Assembly (NCBI GenBank): GCA_025449635.1
Contig: JANWIZ010000006.1
Location: forward strand, 1-51,491
DNA from: Patescibacteria group bacterium
GTDB lineage: Bacteria; Patescibacteriota; Microgenomatia; Woykebacterales; RBG-16-39-9b
Direction of reading: 5' to 3'
DNA length: 51,491 nucleotides
Positions 24,948 through 34,788 of the stretch are shown here, piece by piece. The position numbers were made by a program, and so were the translations under genes. Numbering within the stretch: the first letter of the stretch is position 1; the number at the start of each line of letters is the position of its first letter. The notes under the pieces were generated by a model that did no database searches, was not told the DNA's origin, and saw only the letters and a program-made list of their open reading frames with translations.

Positions 24948-26075
24948 TTATCCGAAATCCTGATAAATTTTTAAAGTTTCTTGTGCAGTTTTTCTCCATG
25001 AAAATTTTTTTACTTGACTCAAACCTTTTTTAGCCAAGTTTGATCTCAAAGTTTCACTCGTCAATACAAGATTAATTTTCTTACTTATATCAATCGTTGA
25101 TTTCGGGTCAAAATACTCTGCAGCGTCGCCATAAACCTCCGGTAAGCTTGAGGCTCTTGCCGCAACAACAGGACAACCAACACCCATAGCCTCTAATCCA
25201 GGTAAACCAAAACCCTCTGACAATGACGGGAAGGCTAATAGCTTCGCTGATTTTAACAAAACCACAAGCTCACTATCGGGTACAAAACCAGTAATTACTA
25301 TCCTCTCTAAAACTCCTAACTGTTTTGCTTTTATTAGTATGTCTGCCGTCCAAGAATCCCGCTTAGTGACACACACAAGCTGTACTTTTTTATCTATTTT
25401 CGGCAGAGATTCAACAAGTTTTTCTAAATTCTTGTAAGGAAAACTGTTTCCAATAAACAAAATGTAATCTCCCTTAATTGCGTATTTCCCCAGGATTTGT
25501 CTTTCCTTACCATTACTCACGAATTGAGTTGACAAATAAAAATCATCAGCTGCTTCGTAGATCACATTAATTTTACTTTCGGAAATTTTGAATATTTTCT
25601 CAATTTCCTTTTTTACAAAATTACTTGGTGAAATAATTTTCTCTGCTCGTTTTAATGTTTGCGCGATTGTGAAATTATAAGCTTGCTGTTTAGCAAATGA
25701 TAAAGGCGTTATCTTCTTTCGACTTGCAGCTTTGGCAAAGCTTGTTTTTGTCAAATCATGAATTGTAACCACAAATTTCCCCGAATAAAGAAGAGGGATA
25801 TTGAAATGTGGAAAATGTACCAAATCAAGTTTCTTTGAATTTAAGGCTGCTGGCATAATGAGCTGCTCTTTCAGCGAGTACCAATGAGCGTCAGCTGTAA
25901 ATTTTTGAAAGTTTTTGGCTGTTGGAGTATAAAGGTGAAAATTACTATTTTTTAGGAACACGAAATACTCGTTATTATCATCTAATTTTTCAAGATTTTT
26001 TAATAAGTTTTGGAGATACCGTCCGATTCCAGTTCCTTCTGGTCCATAAAATCGAGCGTCAATACCAATACGCAT
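24948..26075 (-). CDS. GT4-family glycosyltransferase
   Basis: 375 aa with SLSEGFGLPGLEAMGVGCPVVA. Its stop abuts the next gene's start. Confidence 0.85.
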   Translation of the reverse strand: MRIGIDARFYGPEGTGIGRYLQNLLKNLEKLDDNNEYFVFLKNSNFHLYTPTAKNFQKFTADAHWYSLKEQLIMPAALNSKKLDLVHFPHFNIPLLYSGKFVVTIHDLTKTSFAKAASRKKITPLSFAKQQAYNFTIAQTLKRAEKIISPSNFVKKEIEKIFKISESKINVIYEAADDFYLSTQFVSNGKERQILGKYAIKGDYILFIGNSFPYKNLEKLVESLPKIDKKVQLVCVTKRDSWTADILIKAKQLGVLERIVITGFVPDSELVVLLKSAKLLAFPSLSEGFGLPGLEAMGVGCPVVAARASSLPEVYGDAAEYFDPKSTIDISKKINLVLTSETLRSNLAKKGLSQVKKFSWRKTAQETLKIYQDFG

Positions 26076-26134
26076 TTTATAAATTCCTCTTTACAGAGCG
26101 CGCAACCCTTGTTTTATTTTTTATAAATACTTAA

Positions 26135-26971
26135 TTAGCGATCTATTTTTTTAACTAAATAAGAAACCAGAGCAGCAGGGTAGCTAAGAACCACGAAAGG
26201 TAGTAACACCAAAATTGTAACCCAATTTTGGTGTTTTTTAAAGTAATGCAAAAGGCTTTTGTTCCAAATTGTTTGCTTATGGATAAAATTTAGCTGTTTT
26301 GTACTTTGACCAATCAAATGGTTTACTCTAGCTTCAGTATAATAAATTATTTTGTAACCCAAATCTTTAATTCGTTTTAAAAGGTCTGTTTCTTCGAACC
26401 AAAGGAAAAATTTTTCATCAAAACCGCCTACTTCTTCAAAAATTTCCCGACGGATCAGCAAGGCAGCTCCCATTAGGTGCTCAACTTCCTGTGTTTTCTC
26501 GTAATCAAGCTTCGGGTACACAAAATTCTTCAGAAAACCAACCCGATGCAGTCTCAACAAAGTAAAACTTTCACTAAGTAGGTTTGGGAATCTGGTTATT
26601 TCTGTTTGTACTGAATTGTCACTGTTAAGCAGTTTTGGTCCAACAACTGCCACATTTGAATTGGAATCTAGATAGGAAACGAGGTTTTTAATAGTATTAT
26701 TTTCGAGGACACAATCCGGATTCAGGAAAAAAAGAAAATCCCCAGAGGCTATTTTAACTGCAATATTATTTGCCTTACCAAAGCCAAGGTTTTCACTATT
26801 TTGAATAAGTTTAACTTTTGGAGATTGTTTAACTACTTCAACAGTCTTGTCATTTGAATTGTTATCAACAACAATTACTTCAGTTTCCAGTTGGTTGGAG
26901 AAAACGGAACTCAAACAATTCCTAATTGATTTTTCAGAATTGTAAGTAACTATAATTACCGAAATTTTCAT
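26135..26971 (-). CDS. GT2-family glycosyltransferase (rhamnosyltransferase-like)
   Basis: 278 aa with ISVIIVTYNS, VVDNNSND and FFLNPDC. It overlaps the upstream gene by 4 nt. Confidence 0.85.
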   Translation of the reverse strand: MKISVIIVTYNSEKSIRNCLSSVFSNQLETEVIVVDNNSNDKTVEVVKQSPKVKLIQNSENLGFGKANNIAVKIASGDFLFFLNPDCVLENNTIKNLVSYLDSNSNVAVVGPKLLNSDNSVQTEITRFPNLLSESFTLLRLHRVGFLKNFVYPKLDYEKTQEVEHLMGAALLIRREIFEEVGGFDEKFFLWFEETDLLKRIKDLGYKIIYYTEARVNHLIGQSTKQLNFIHKQTIWNKSLLHYFKKHQNWVTILVLLPFVVLSYPAALVSYLVKKIDR

Positions 26972-29052
26972 ATACTGTTTCCAAATTTTCTTGCTACGGT
27001 TTTATAAAAACCCTCTAATTCTAAAATTTTTTCCTTCCAACGATAGTTTTCAGCAGTTTTTAGCCCTTCTGTAATTAAGCTCTCCTTCATATTCACATCA
27101 CCAAAAGCAATTTTTAGTTTCTCAACCACATCTTTTACATCTGTTTTACTGACTATCAAGCAATTTTTCCCATCAATACAAAACTCATCATTTCCATCCG
27201 CTTGAGTACAAACTACAACACAACCACAAGCCATCGCTTCCAATACTGGTAAACAAAATCCTTCATGAATTGAAGTTTGAATAAAAACCTCTGATTCATT
27301 ATAAAGCTCAACAACTTTCTGGTCAGTTGGTTTATACTCGTAATTAACTCCTAAAAGCTTTCCGAGCCTTGGTTCTGTACCAAAAAGTTTCAATTTTGGC
27401 CTTGGAGTCATCAATCTCCAGGCTTTCTCAGTAAGATTAAAATTTTTCAAGTTAAGACTTCTCCCCAAAGCAAGTAACTGATTTTTTTGTCTTTCTGTGT
27501 TTGTAACTTTAAAAATTTCTGAAATTCCAGGATTCACTACTTTTGCGCTTATCCCCTCCTTGTTCAACTGCTCCCTATCCCAATCTGAAACCGTAAGATA
27601 ATTAAACTCTTGACGATAGTTTGATAATACTTTGCTTTGGTAATCACTGTCCCCTTTGTAATACGAACTCTCAACGTCTTGAACCAAGAATAAAGGGATT
27701 CCTTTTAAAATACTAGATTCCCAAACTACCTGGGCTGTTTCCCACCAAGTAGCAACTTTGATCGCCTCAACAGCCTTCAAATCTGCTAGCAAAGATTCGA
27801 AACTTTTAAAAGTTTTTATTGGAACATCAAGTTTGAACCAATCTGGGCCATCATCCAGCGAATAAAGCTCTACCTGATGACCAAGTATTTTTAATCTATT
27901 AAGATGCTCAAAAATCACCCTTGGACCACCACCAACTCCATTATCTAAAGTGACATAAATAATTCGTAATTTACCTTCATTAGTTAAAATATTTCTTTTA
28001 TCAAAAAAGTCTCTCCATTTTTCCCAAAAATAGTCTTTGGATCTCATCTCTCTTTCTCCTTGCTTCTTACCTCTCGTTTTTGACTCAAGATGGACAACAA
28101 TAGACTTTGGACAATAAACCACTTTAAACCCTGTCTGCCAAGCACGAAGAGAAAAATCAACATCCTCAAATGCCATAGCAAAATTCTCATCAAGTAAACC
28201 AATACTATCCAGCACTTCTTTTTTGATATACATACATGCTCCGGTAGCTGACAAGATGGGGTAAGAAAAATTTGAGGGTCCAAAATCTCCTGCCTGAAAA
28301 CGGTAATAATGATCAAACCAATCTGCTTCCGACTTGTTTCTAAAAGTACCTACCCACTGAATAGTTTGATCCGGATAAAGCAGTTTCGGACCTACTATTC
28401 CAATTGTAGGTTCGGAGTAGGCCCAAAATTGTAATCCCTCTAACCAACCTTGTTTTACAACCGTGTCATTATTGAGCAATATGACATCATTCTTTTCAGA
28501 TTGTTTTAAACCTTTATTTATGGTCTTTGCAAAACCTTCATTTTTCTCACTAAGTACAAGTTTGACGGGTAGGTCTTTTAGTTTGCTCACAAACTCTGTC
28601 CTCGAACCGTCGTCAACTACAATTATTTCTACATCTGATTTATTTGATGTTTCAAGAATACTTTTCACACAGTTTTTGGTTAATTCAAAATCATTATATG
28701 TAGGAATAATTATCGAAACTTTACGCTTATTTTGTTTATACCAACTAATTATTTTTTTGTCCGGAATGAAATCAATTATCTTAGGAGTAATGAAAAAAAC
28801 AATCCATCCAAATAAAACTACAGAGATTAATCGAAAAATAAATATAATTAGTCCTTTTGTTTTGTAAGTTTCAAAAACTTTACGCCATAAAAACGAATAA
28901 GATCCTCTTGAAATAATTAGACTAAAATTTCTACCAAATAGATCTTTTGTTAAAAAAACCCTCACTTTTTTAATAAAAAAACCTACGCCTTTATCTTTTA
29001 AAGCTAGGATCGACTTATTTACAAGCTCAATTAATCTGTAGAAAATCTTCAT
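26968..29052 (-). CDS. Membrane-anchored bifunctional GT2 + GT-B(GT4-like) glycosyltransferase
   Basis: 694 aa with a TM segment around aa 70-95. The GT2 domain has VSIIIPTYND, VVDDGS and LLNNDT. The C-terminal GT-B domain has QTSIHEGFCLPVLEAMACGCVVV. Confidence 0.8.
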   Translation of the reverse strand: MKIFYRLIELVNKSILALKDKGVGFFIKKVRVFLTKDLFGRNFSLIISRGSYSFLWRKVFETYKTKGLIIFIFRLISVVLFGWIVFFITPKIIDFIPDKKIISWYKQNKRKVSIIIPTYNDFELTKNCVKSILETSNKSDVEIIVVDDGSRTEFVSKLKDLPVKLVLSEKNEGFAKTINKGLKQSEKNDVILLNNDTVVKQGWLEGLQFWAYSEPTIGIVGPKLLYPDQTIQWVGTFRNKSEADWFDHYYRFQAGDFGPSNFSYPILSATGACMYIKKEVLDSIGLLDENFAMAFEDVDFSLRAWQTGFKVVYCPKSIVVHLESKTRGKKQGEREMRSKDYFWEKWRDFFDKRNILTNEGKLRIIYVTLDNGVGGGPRVIFEHLNRLKILGHQVELYSLDDGPDWFKLDVPIKTFKSFESLLADLKAVEAIKVATWWETAQVVWESSILKGIPLFLVQDVESSYYKGDSDYQSKVLSNYRQEFNYLTVSDWDREQLNKEGISAKVVNPGISEIFKVTNTERQKNQLLALGRSLNLKNFNLTEKAWRLMTPRPKLKLFGTEPRLGKLLGVNYEYKPTDQKVVELYNESEVFIQTSIHEGFCLPVLEAMACGCVVVCTQADGNDEFCIDGKNCLIVSKTDVKDVVEKLKIAFGDVNMKESLITEGLKTAENYRWKEKILELEGFYKTVARKFGNSI

Positions 29053-29102
29053 TGCTTCTCTATTGATATGGAATTATACAAATTTATTTTTCCAAATACC
29101 AA

Positions 29103-29945
29103 TTAAGTATTTAAGTGCTCTTTGAGGGCCTCTTTCCATGATCGCAGACCAACGCCTAATTTTCTGGCGCGTTTATTTACAAGAATTGACCTTGGAGGCG
29201 GAACTGATTGCCTAACATAGTCTTTTAATTTTATCGAGGTTACTTTTACGTTCTTTCTTCCAGAGTTTTTTAAAATTTCGATTGCCCACTCAAAACGAGA
29301 ACAAAACCCCTCATTTGCCAAATGGTAGATACCAGACGGGTTTTTCCTCACCAAATCAAAAATTGCCTTCGCTAAATCTGGAGCATAGGTTGGAGTGGCT
29401 ATTTCATCAGCTACAACTTTTAATTCTCCTGATTTATCCGCTGCTGTTATTATTTTTAGAGGGAAATTACTTTTACCTTTGGGTCCGTAGACCCAGGAAG
29501 TTCTTACAACCACTCCATCTTTCTCAAGTACTTCTTGAACAAACTTTTCTCCAGCTAATTTTGAAACAGCGTAAGGGTTAATTGGGTTTGGTTTATCGGT
29601 TTCTTCGTAAGCAGTATTCTTTTTTCCATCAAAAACCTCGTTTGTACTGATATAAAGTAATTTTGCACCTATTTCTTTACTTGCTTGGGCCAAATTTTTG
29701 GTACCCTCGCCATTTATAAACATTGCCTTTTCTGGATTTTCCGCACACCCCTCAACGTCAGTCCAAGCAGCGCAATGAATTATCAGATCAGGTTTTGTAT
29801 TTGCAAAAACCTTTTCGATCTGCTCTCTATTTGTAATGTCTAAGTTATGAGTATCGGTCGCTATAACTTCCCATTCAGCTTCAAAAACCTCGACCAACTC
29901 CAGACCCAACTGACCATTGGCACCAGTGATTAATACTTTTTTCAC
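29103..29945 (-). CDS. rmlD: dTDP-4-dehydrorhamnose reductase
   Basis: 280 aa with ITGANGQLG and YAVSKLAGE (YxxxK). It overlaps rmlB by 4 nt. Confidence 0.9.
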   Translation of the reverse strand: MKKVLITGANGQLGLELVEVFEAEWEVIATDTHNLDITNREQIEKVFANTKPDLIIHCAAWTDVEGCAENPEKAMFINGEGTKNLAQASKEIGAKLLYISTNEVFDGKKNTAYEETDKPNPINPYAVSKLAGEKFVQEVLEKDGVVVRTSWVYGPKGKSNFPLKIITAADKSGELKVVADEIATPTYAPDLAKAIFDLVRKNPSGIYHLANEGFCSRFEWAIEILKNSGRKNVKVTSIKLKDYVRQSVPPPRSILVNKRARKLGVGLRSWKEALKEHLNT

Positions 29946-30958
29946 TCTTGACTCACCTCATACTGCTGTTTGTAATAATCTTGATAAGACCCACTCTTTA
30001 CTCTCTTCCACCAATCAGTGTTGTTTTTAAACCACTCAACCGTCATTGCCAAACCTTTATCGAAGTCATACTTTTGACTCCAGCCAAGCTCTTTTCGAGC
30101 CTTCGAACTATCCAGAGCGTAACGACGATCATGTCCTAGGCGGTCCTTGACTGTTTTCAAAAGTGATTCGGGCTTGTTCAAAATTTTTAAGATTTTTTTG
30201 AGTACTTGAATATTTGGCAATTCCTCTTCGGTCCCAATCAAATAAGTCTCTCCAATAACCCCTTTTGCAATAGCAACCTCAGTAGCCAGAGCAGTATCTT
30301 CTACATGAGTCCATTCTCTAACAGAAAGGCCATCTCCATAAACTGGTATTTCTTTATCTTCCATCGCGTTTGTTATCGCCAGTGGGATCAATTTTTCTGG
30401 GAAATGGAAAGGACCATAGTTATTTGAAACATTGAGTATTATCAATGGTAAGTCGTAAGTATTTGCGTAGGCTCTGGCAATATCCTCTGCTGCTGCCTTT
30501 GAGGCAGCGTAAGGACTGCGTGGATTGTGAGCTGTAGTTGCATTAAACTTTTTTTTTGAATCTAAACTTAGTGCTCCAAAAACTTCATCAGTTGAAAAAT
30601 GAACGATTTTTTTTACCTTATTTTCTCTAGCTGCTTCCAGAAGCACTGCAGTTCCCTTGATGTTTGTTTCAATGAATGGATTCGGGTCAGTAATCGATCG
30701 ATCGACGTGAGACTCCGCAGCAAAGTTTATTAAAGTATCGACTTTGTCCAATGCCTTCAGCATTGCTTGTGTGTCTGCAATATCCGCCTTTAGAAATTTA
30801 TAATTTTGGTTTTTTTCAACTTCTTTAAGATTTTCTAAATTACCCGCGTAAGTTAGCTTATCTATATTAATAAGTTGATCTTGGGGATGATTTTTTACCC
30901 AATGGCGTACAAAAGCAGAACCAATAAATCCTGCTCCTCCAGTTACAGCAATTTTCAT
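29942..30958 (-). CDS. rmlB: dTDP-glucose 4,6-dehydratase
   Basis: 338 aa with VTGGAGFIGSAF, FSTDEVFG and YAASKAAAED. The C-terminal end is typical of RmlB. Confidence 0.95.
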   Translation of the reverse strand: MKIAVTGGAGFIGSAFVRHWVKNHPQDQLINIDKLTYAGNLENLKEVEKNQNYKFLKADIADTQAMLKALDKVDTLINFAAESHVDRSITDPNPFIETNIKGTAVLLEAARENKVKKIVHFSTDEVFGALSLDSKKKFNATTAHNPRSPYAASKAAAEDIARAYANTYDLPLIILNVSNNYGPFHFPEKLIPLAITNAMEDKEIPVYGDGLSVREWTHVEDTALATEVAIAKGVIGETYLIGTEEELPNIQVLKKILKILNKPESLLKTVKDRLGHDRRYALDSSKARKELGWSQKYDFDKGLAMTVEWFKNNTDWWKRVKSGSYQDYYKQQYEVSQE

Positions 30959-30994
30959 AAATTCTGATTCATATCGTGCTTAAGTTTCTTCTAA

Positions 30995-31450
30995 TTATTT
31001 TACTATCCCCTGTTCAAGCTCTTTTTGGGTGTATTCAACCTGCTCATCTTTCAAATCTGGGTCATAAGCAGGATCTGGGTAATTAATAAGCCAGCCTTCC
31101 TCATTTCCGATATTCTCTAGTCCCGTGGCTATATTTTTGGGAATAAAAAGTCGTTTTGGTTCATTTGCATCTAAAATATGCTCTTCCCGGACCCACTTCG
31201 TTTTTCCATTAATTTCCTCAGGTAGATAAAGGATTATTCGCATTCTGCCTTTGACACACACATACCGAGCTGCTCGCACTCTGTGAAGATGATAACCCTT
31301 AAAAGCTTGTGTGATTGCAGCCGACAAGTAAACTTCAGTCTTGCTACCATCCTCACTCTTAAACATTTCTATAAGAAAGCCATTTTCCTTGCTGGAGTGA
31401 TCCTTGGTTATAACTTTTTTTGCGATTTCTTCTGAGACTTTATCTACCAT
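30995..31450 (-). CDS. Cupin-fold NDP-4-keto-6-deoxyhexose epimerase/isomerase, non-canonical RmlC-like
   Basis: I moved the start to ATG 31450 (GGAGG 5 nt upstream), which removes the 55-nt overlap with rmlA. The cupin core is FKGYHLHRVRAARYVCVKGRMRIILY...LFIPKNIATGLENIG. It occupies the rmlC slot between rmlA and rmlB, but it is short and lacks the RmlC motifs I know. Confidence 0.5.
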   Translation of the reverse strand: MVDKVSEEIAKKVITKDHSSKENGFLIEMFKSEDGSKTEVYLSAAITQAFKGYHLHRVRAARYVCVKGRMRIILYLPEEINGKTKWVREEHILDANEPKRLFIPKNIATGLENIGNEEGWLINYPDPAYDPDLKDEQVEYTQKELEQGIVK

Positions 31451-31470
31451 TTTTCCTCCAAATAATTTTT

Positions 31471-32223
31471 TTAAAAGTTTGTAAGTTTCTTTTCTTGATC
31501 TTGTCCAAGTTTCTTTTTTGTCCAAAAAACATTTGTTCGATAAAGACTCTCAAAAGTTCCTGCGTCACTCCAAAACCCTTGAAGCTCTGACCAACTCATT
31601 TTTCCGTCATTAATGTAGCGGTTGTTAACGTCTGTTATTTCAAGTTCCCCCCGATCAGAGGGTTTGTTCATCTTAATGTAATCAAAAACCTTGTTGTCAT
31701 AAATATAGAGTCCCGTGACAGCATAGTTATTAGTCGGAGATTTTGGTTTCTCGTCTATTCTAACAATTCTCGATTTGTCCACTTTATCAAAAACTGGAAC
31801 TCCAAACCTTTGGGGATCTGGAACTTCTTTCAAAAAAACTACTGAGCCTTTAGAAAATCTTTTTACCTCGTCTTTTATATCAGCATCAGTACAGTTGTCT
31901 CCTAATATTACAGTTACACTGTCCTTTCCAACAAAGTCTTCACAAAGCTTCAACGCCTCAGCAATACCACCTTCTGCTTCTTGATAAGCATACTCGATGT
32001 GATCAACTCCAAAATCTTCCCCGTTTTTTAGCACGTGAAGAAAATCACCAGCATGAGGCCCACCTGTAACAATAATAATTTCGGTAATTCCAGCACTAAC
32101 CAAAGTCTGAATTGGATAATAAATCATCGGTTTGTCAAAAACCGGAAGTAAATGTTTGTTAGTTGCGTATGTCAGTGGATAAAGTCGGCTACCCTTACCA
32201 CCAGCTAAAATTGCACCTTTCAT
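31471..32223 (-). CDS. rmlA: Glucose-1-phosphate thymidylyltransferase (short form)
   Basis: 250 aa with MKGAILAGGKGSRLYPLTYATNKHLLPVFDKPMIYYPI. It sits in rml gene context. Confidence 0.85.
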   Translation of the reverse strand: MKGAILAGGKGSRLYPLTYATNKHLLPVFDKPMIYYPIQTLVSAGITEIIIVTGGPHAGDFLHVLKNGEDFGVDHIEYAYQEAEGGIAEALKLCEDFVGKDSVTVILGDNCTDADIKDEVKRFSKGSVVFLKEVPDPQRFGVPVFDKVDKSRIVRIDEKPKSPTNNYAVTGLYIYDNKVFDYIKMNKPSDRGELEITDVNNRYINDGKMSWSELQGFWSDAGTFESLYRTNVFWTKKKLGQDQEKKLTNF

Positions 32224-32316
32224 GAAAGCATTTTAACACAACCTAACATTTCAGAGAAAAAGCCTTGATTAGTATTTAAATATTACTTAGACTTAATTTA
32301 ACAGATCGAAATAAAT

Positions 32317-32661
32317 ATGAAGTTCTTTCTTTTACTAATGTCAATGAGTCTTGGAATTACTGGTCAACTACTCCTAAAACGCGGGGTCTTAGCATCCAGC
32401 CTTGAGCCAAACATACCATCTATTCTAAAAACAATTTTTTCGCCTTTGGTTTTCTCTGGTTTTGTGTTTTATGGAATATCAGCTATTATCTGGTTGTTTG
32501 TTTTACAAAAATTTCCACTTTCAGTTGCCTACCCCTCACTAGCAGTTACCTATGCAATAATAGTTTTATTTAGTTTTTTGTTTGTTAACGAACCTATAAC
32601 AACAAATAAAATTATCGGTATTATCCTAATTTTTCTTGGGGTTACATTTCTTTATAGATAA
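32317..32661 (+). CDS. Small 4-TM EamA/SMR-like protein, candidate polyprenyl-phosphate-sugar flippase (ArnE/ArnF-like)
   Basis: 114 aa with four TM helices. Assigned from size, topology and glycan-locus context only. Confidence 0.5.
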   Translation: MKFFLLLMSMSLGITGQLLLKRGVLASSLEPNIPSILKTIFSPLVFSGFVFYGISAIIWLFVLQKFPLSVAYPSLAVTYAIIVLFSFLFVNEPITTNKIIGIILIFLGVTFLYR

Positions 32662-32671
32662 GTTAATCTTC

Positions 32672-33829
32672 TTAAAGGTTGTAAAAAAATTTTAACTCTT
32701 CAACCGTATTCTCCCAACTCCAATCTTTAGCAGTTTTTGTACCATTTTCAATAAGTTTTGTTAATTTTACTTTATCTAGCATTAACGAATTAATTGCGTT
32801 TCTAGCAGAAACAATATCCCCCGGTTCAACTACAATAGCATTTTGTCCATCAATAATATACTCATCGTACCCAGTTACTTTGGATACAACATTGGCTCCA
32901 CCACAAGCCATCATCTCTAGTGGGGGGCAAAATAACCCTTCAACTTTAGACATTTTCAGAAGAACATCACAACTAGAATAGATTTCTCTCATCTTCTCCA
33001 TAGGTACTTTTTCAAAAAACCTATCACAGTGCCATTCCTTTCTTGGCCTTCCAGCATTACTCACACACCACACTTCACTTTCTAAGTTTTGCACTACAGC
33101 AAATGCATCTTCCATCCCCTTGTAAGGAAGATTGATTGCTCCTTCTAGTAAAATCCGCAACTTATCTTTTGGCTTAGGCGTAAGTGGCTCTGTTTTAAAA
33201 AAAATATTTTTGTCCAAACCCATTGGAACATAATGGGAATCCTTATTAAAATTATTTTTTAACCAGTCCTTGATCCATTTAGCCTCAACCATGAACTCAT
33301 AGTTAAGTTTGTATGTTAACCATGCTTCAAGCCTTTCGAAACTTCCATTTGGGTAAAACCTGCTTTCGTCCGATTGAACAAAATAGATTTTGCGTTTAGA
33401 TTTTATTCTCATTAGATCAAAGGCAGTATCCCAAGAAGTAGCTATCAAAATATCGATGTTACTTCTCCAAACATTATCAGAGTATGGGAAAATTTTACCG
33501 CCAAAATCCGGAAACCAATCTATTTGCTGCTTATTGTCTTTACTAACAATAGATACCTCAAACCCTAGTTTTACTAACCTATTAACATGTTGGCAAACTA
33601 CTGCTATGCCGCCAGTAATAGTAGTTGCTGGAATAAGATAGACAATTTTTTTTGCCTTTTGCCTACTAATTGCTCTTTTTGTAAATACAGAGGTCGAATA
33701 GTATTTGTAGAAAAGCTTTTTCAGTACTGAACCTCGAGGTAGAGATAACTTCTGGTGAATACCTAAATATAGACTCCTTAGCCAATTAAAAGTATTCTTT
33801 GGTAGTATTTTTTTGATGGCTGTTTTCAT
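32672..33829 (-). CDS. GT-B (GT4-like) glycosyltransferase
   Basis: 385 aa with KVEGLFCPPLEMMACGGANV. It is a monocistronic minus-strand gene between plus-strand genes. Confidence 0.75.
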   Translation of the reverse strand: MKTAIKKILPKNTFNWLRSLYLGIHQKLSLPRGSVLKKLFYKYYSTSVFTKRAISRQKAKKIVYLIPATTITGGIAVVCQHVNRLVKLGFEVSIVSKDNKQQIDWFPDFGGKIFPYSDNVWRSNIDILIATSWDTAFDLMRIKSKRKIYFVQSDESRFYPNGSFERLEAWLTYKLNYEFMVEAKWIKDWLKNNFNKDSHYVPMGLDKNIFFKTEPLTPKPKDKLRILLEGAINLPYKGMEDAFAVVQNLESEVWCVSNAGRPRKEWHCDRFFEKVPMEKMREIYSSCDVLLKMSKVEGLFCPPLEMMACGGANVVSKVTGYDEYIIDGQNAIVVEPGDIVSARNAINSLMLDKVKLTKLIENGTKTAKDWSWENTVEELKFFYNL

Positions 33830-33927
33830 AATTTCTCAATTAAGGATCCTTACTAATCATTCAGTATATAATATACCTTACTTTTGTAATAAATTAGTGT
33901 CAGAAGTTAGTGTATAATTTACCTCTT

Positions 33928-34788
33928 ATGAAGCTACTAGTGACTGGTTCAAATGGTTTTTTAGGTTCAAGTTTTACATCTTTGCTAAAAGAAACAAATA
34001 TTCCGTTTGAAACATACGATCGAGTAAAACCAAACCAAATAGGAAATTTCGATCAGGTTGTTCATTTTGGAGGTTTGACACCTAATTCAATCCTTCCTAA
34101 TGGTAAAAATCCTACAGATAGGGATTTGTACCAGGCTAATGTGATTGGAACCAGAAATCTCTTAGATCAGGTCTTAAAAAATAAATTACTTAATTTATTT
34201 ATCAATGTAGGGTCAGCCGCTGAATACGGAACTAGCAGCACTATAATAGATGAAAATTCGCCTGCCAATCCAATTGATTATTATGGTCAAACTAAACTTG
34301 AGCAATCAAAACTTATCCAAGAATTTGCCTCTCAAACTTCGGTTGCTGCATTGAATTTAAGGGTTTTTAATGTTATTGGACACCGAAGGGCAATTACTAA
34401 TTCAAGCGAAAAACTATCCTTACCAATATTTGAAAGTCTAGAGAGACAATTTAAGCAGATTAAAGTCCCTAAGAACATTGTAATTAGCAATAGTCATAAT
34501 GTACGTGATTTTCTTCACATCGACGATCTGTTTGCTGGAATTGTTGCGTCACTCAATTATAGACCAGTTACAGTTTTTGAAAATATAAACCTCTGTTCTG
34601 GTAAAGGTGTTTCATTGGGAGAATTGGTAAAATTATTTGCAAAAATACTAAAAGTTGAGTATATAGTAACTGAAACCCAGAAAAACTATAGCTTATCAGT
34701 GGGTAACTGTACCAAAGCGAGCAAATTATTATCTTGGAAACCAAAAATTACTCTGGAAGAAAGTATCAGGAAATTTTTAAATGATTAA
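33928..34788 (+). CDS. NAD-dependent NDP-sugar epimerase/reductase (extended SDR)
   Basis: I prefer the ATG 33928 start (MKLLVTGSNGFLGSS). The track's GTG 33910 start lies inside a TATAAT box. The YxxxK motif is YYGQTK. Confidence 0.8.
   Translation: MKLLVTGSNGFLGSSFTSLLKETNIPFETYDRVKPNQIGNFDQVVHFGGLTPNSILPNGKNPTDRDLYQANVIGTRNLLDQVLKNKLLNLFINVGSAAEYGTSSTIIDENSPANPIDYYGQTKLEQSKLIQEFASQTSVAALNLRVFNVIGHRRAITNSSEKLSLPIFESLERQFKQIKVPKNIVISNSHNVRDFLHIDDLFAGIVASLNYRPVTVFENINLCSGKGVSLGELVKLFAKILKVEYIVTETQKNYSLSVGNCTKASKLLSWKPKITLEESIRKFLND

Noticed and set aside
30549-30557. Several coding sequences contain homopolymer tracts that might act as phase-variation switches. Examples are A9/T9 in rmlB here and 8-mers at about 1486 (murC), 35193 (capD-like), 39033, 42447 (wzm-like) and 47555 (glmS).
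   Set aside because: Runs of 8-9 A/T (mostly Lys/Phe codons) occur in housekeeping genes as well as glycan genes. They are expected at this base composition, and no frameshifted gene halves are visible.
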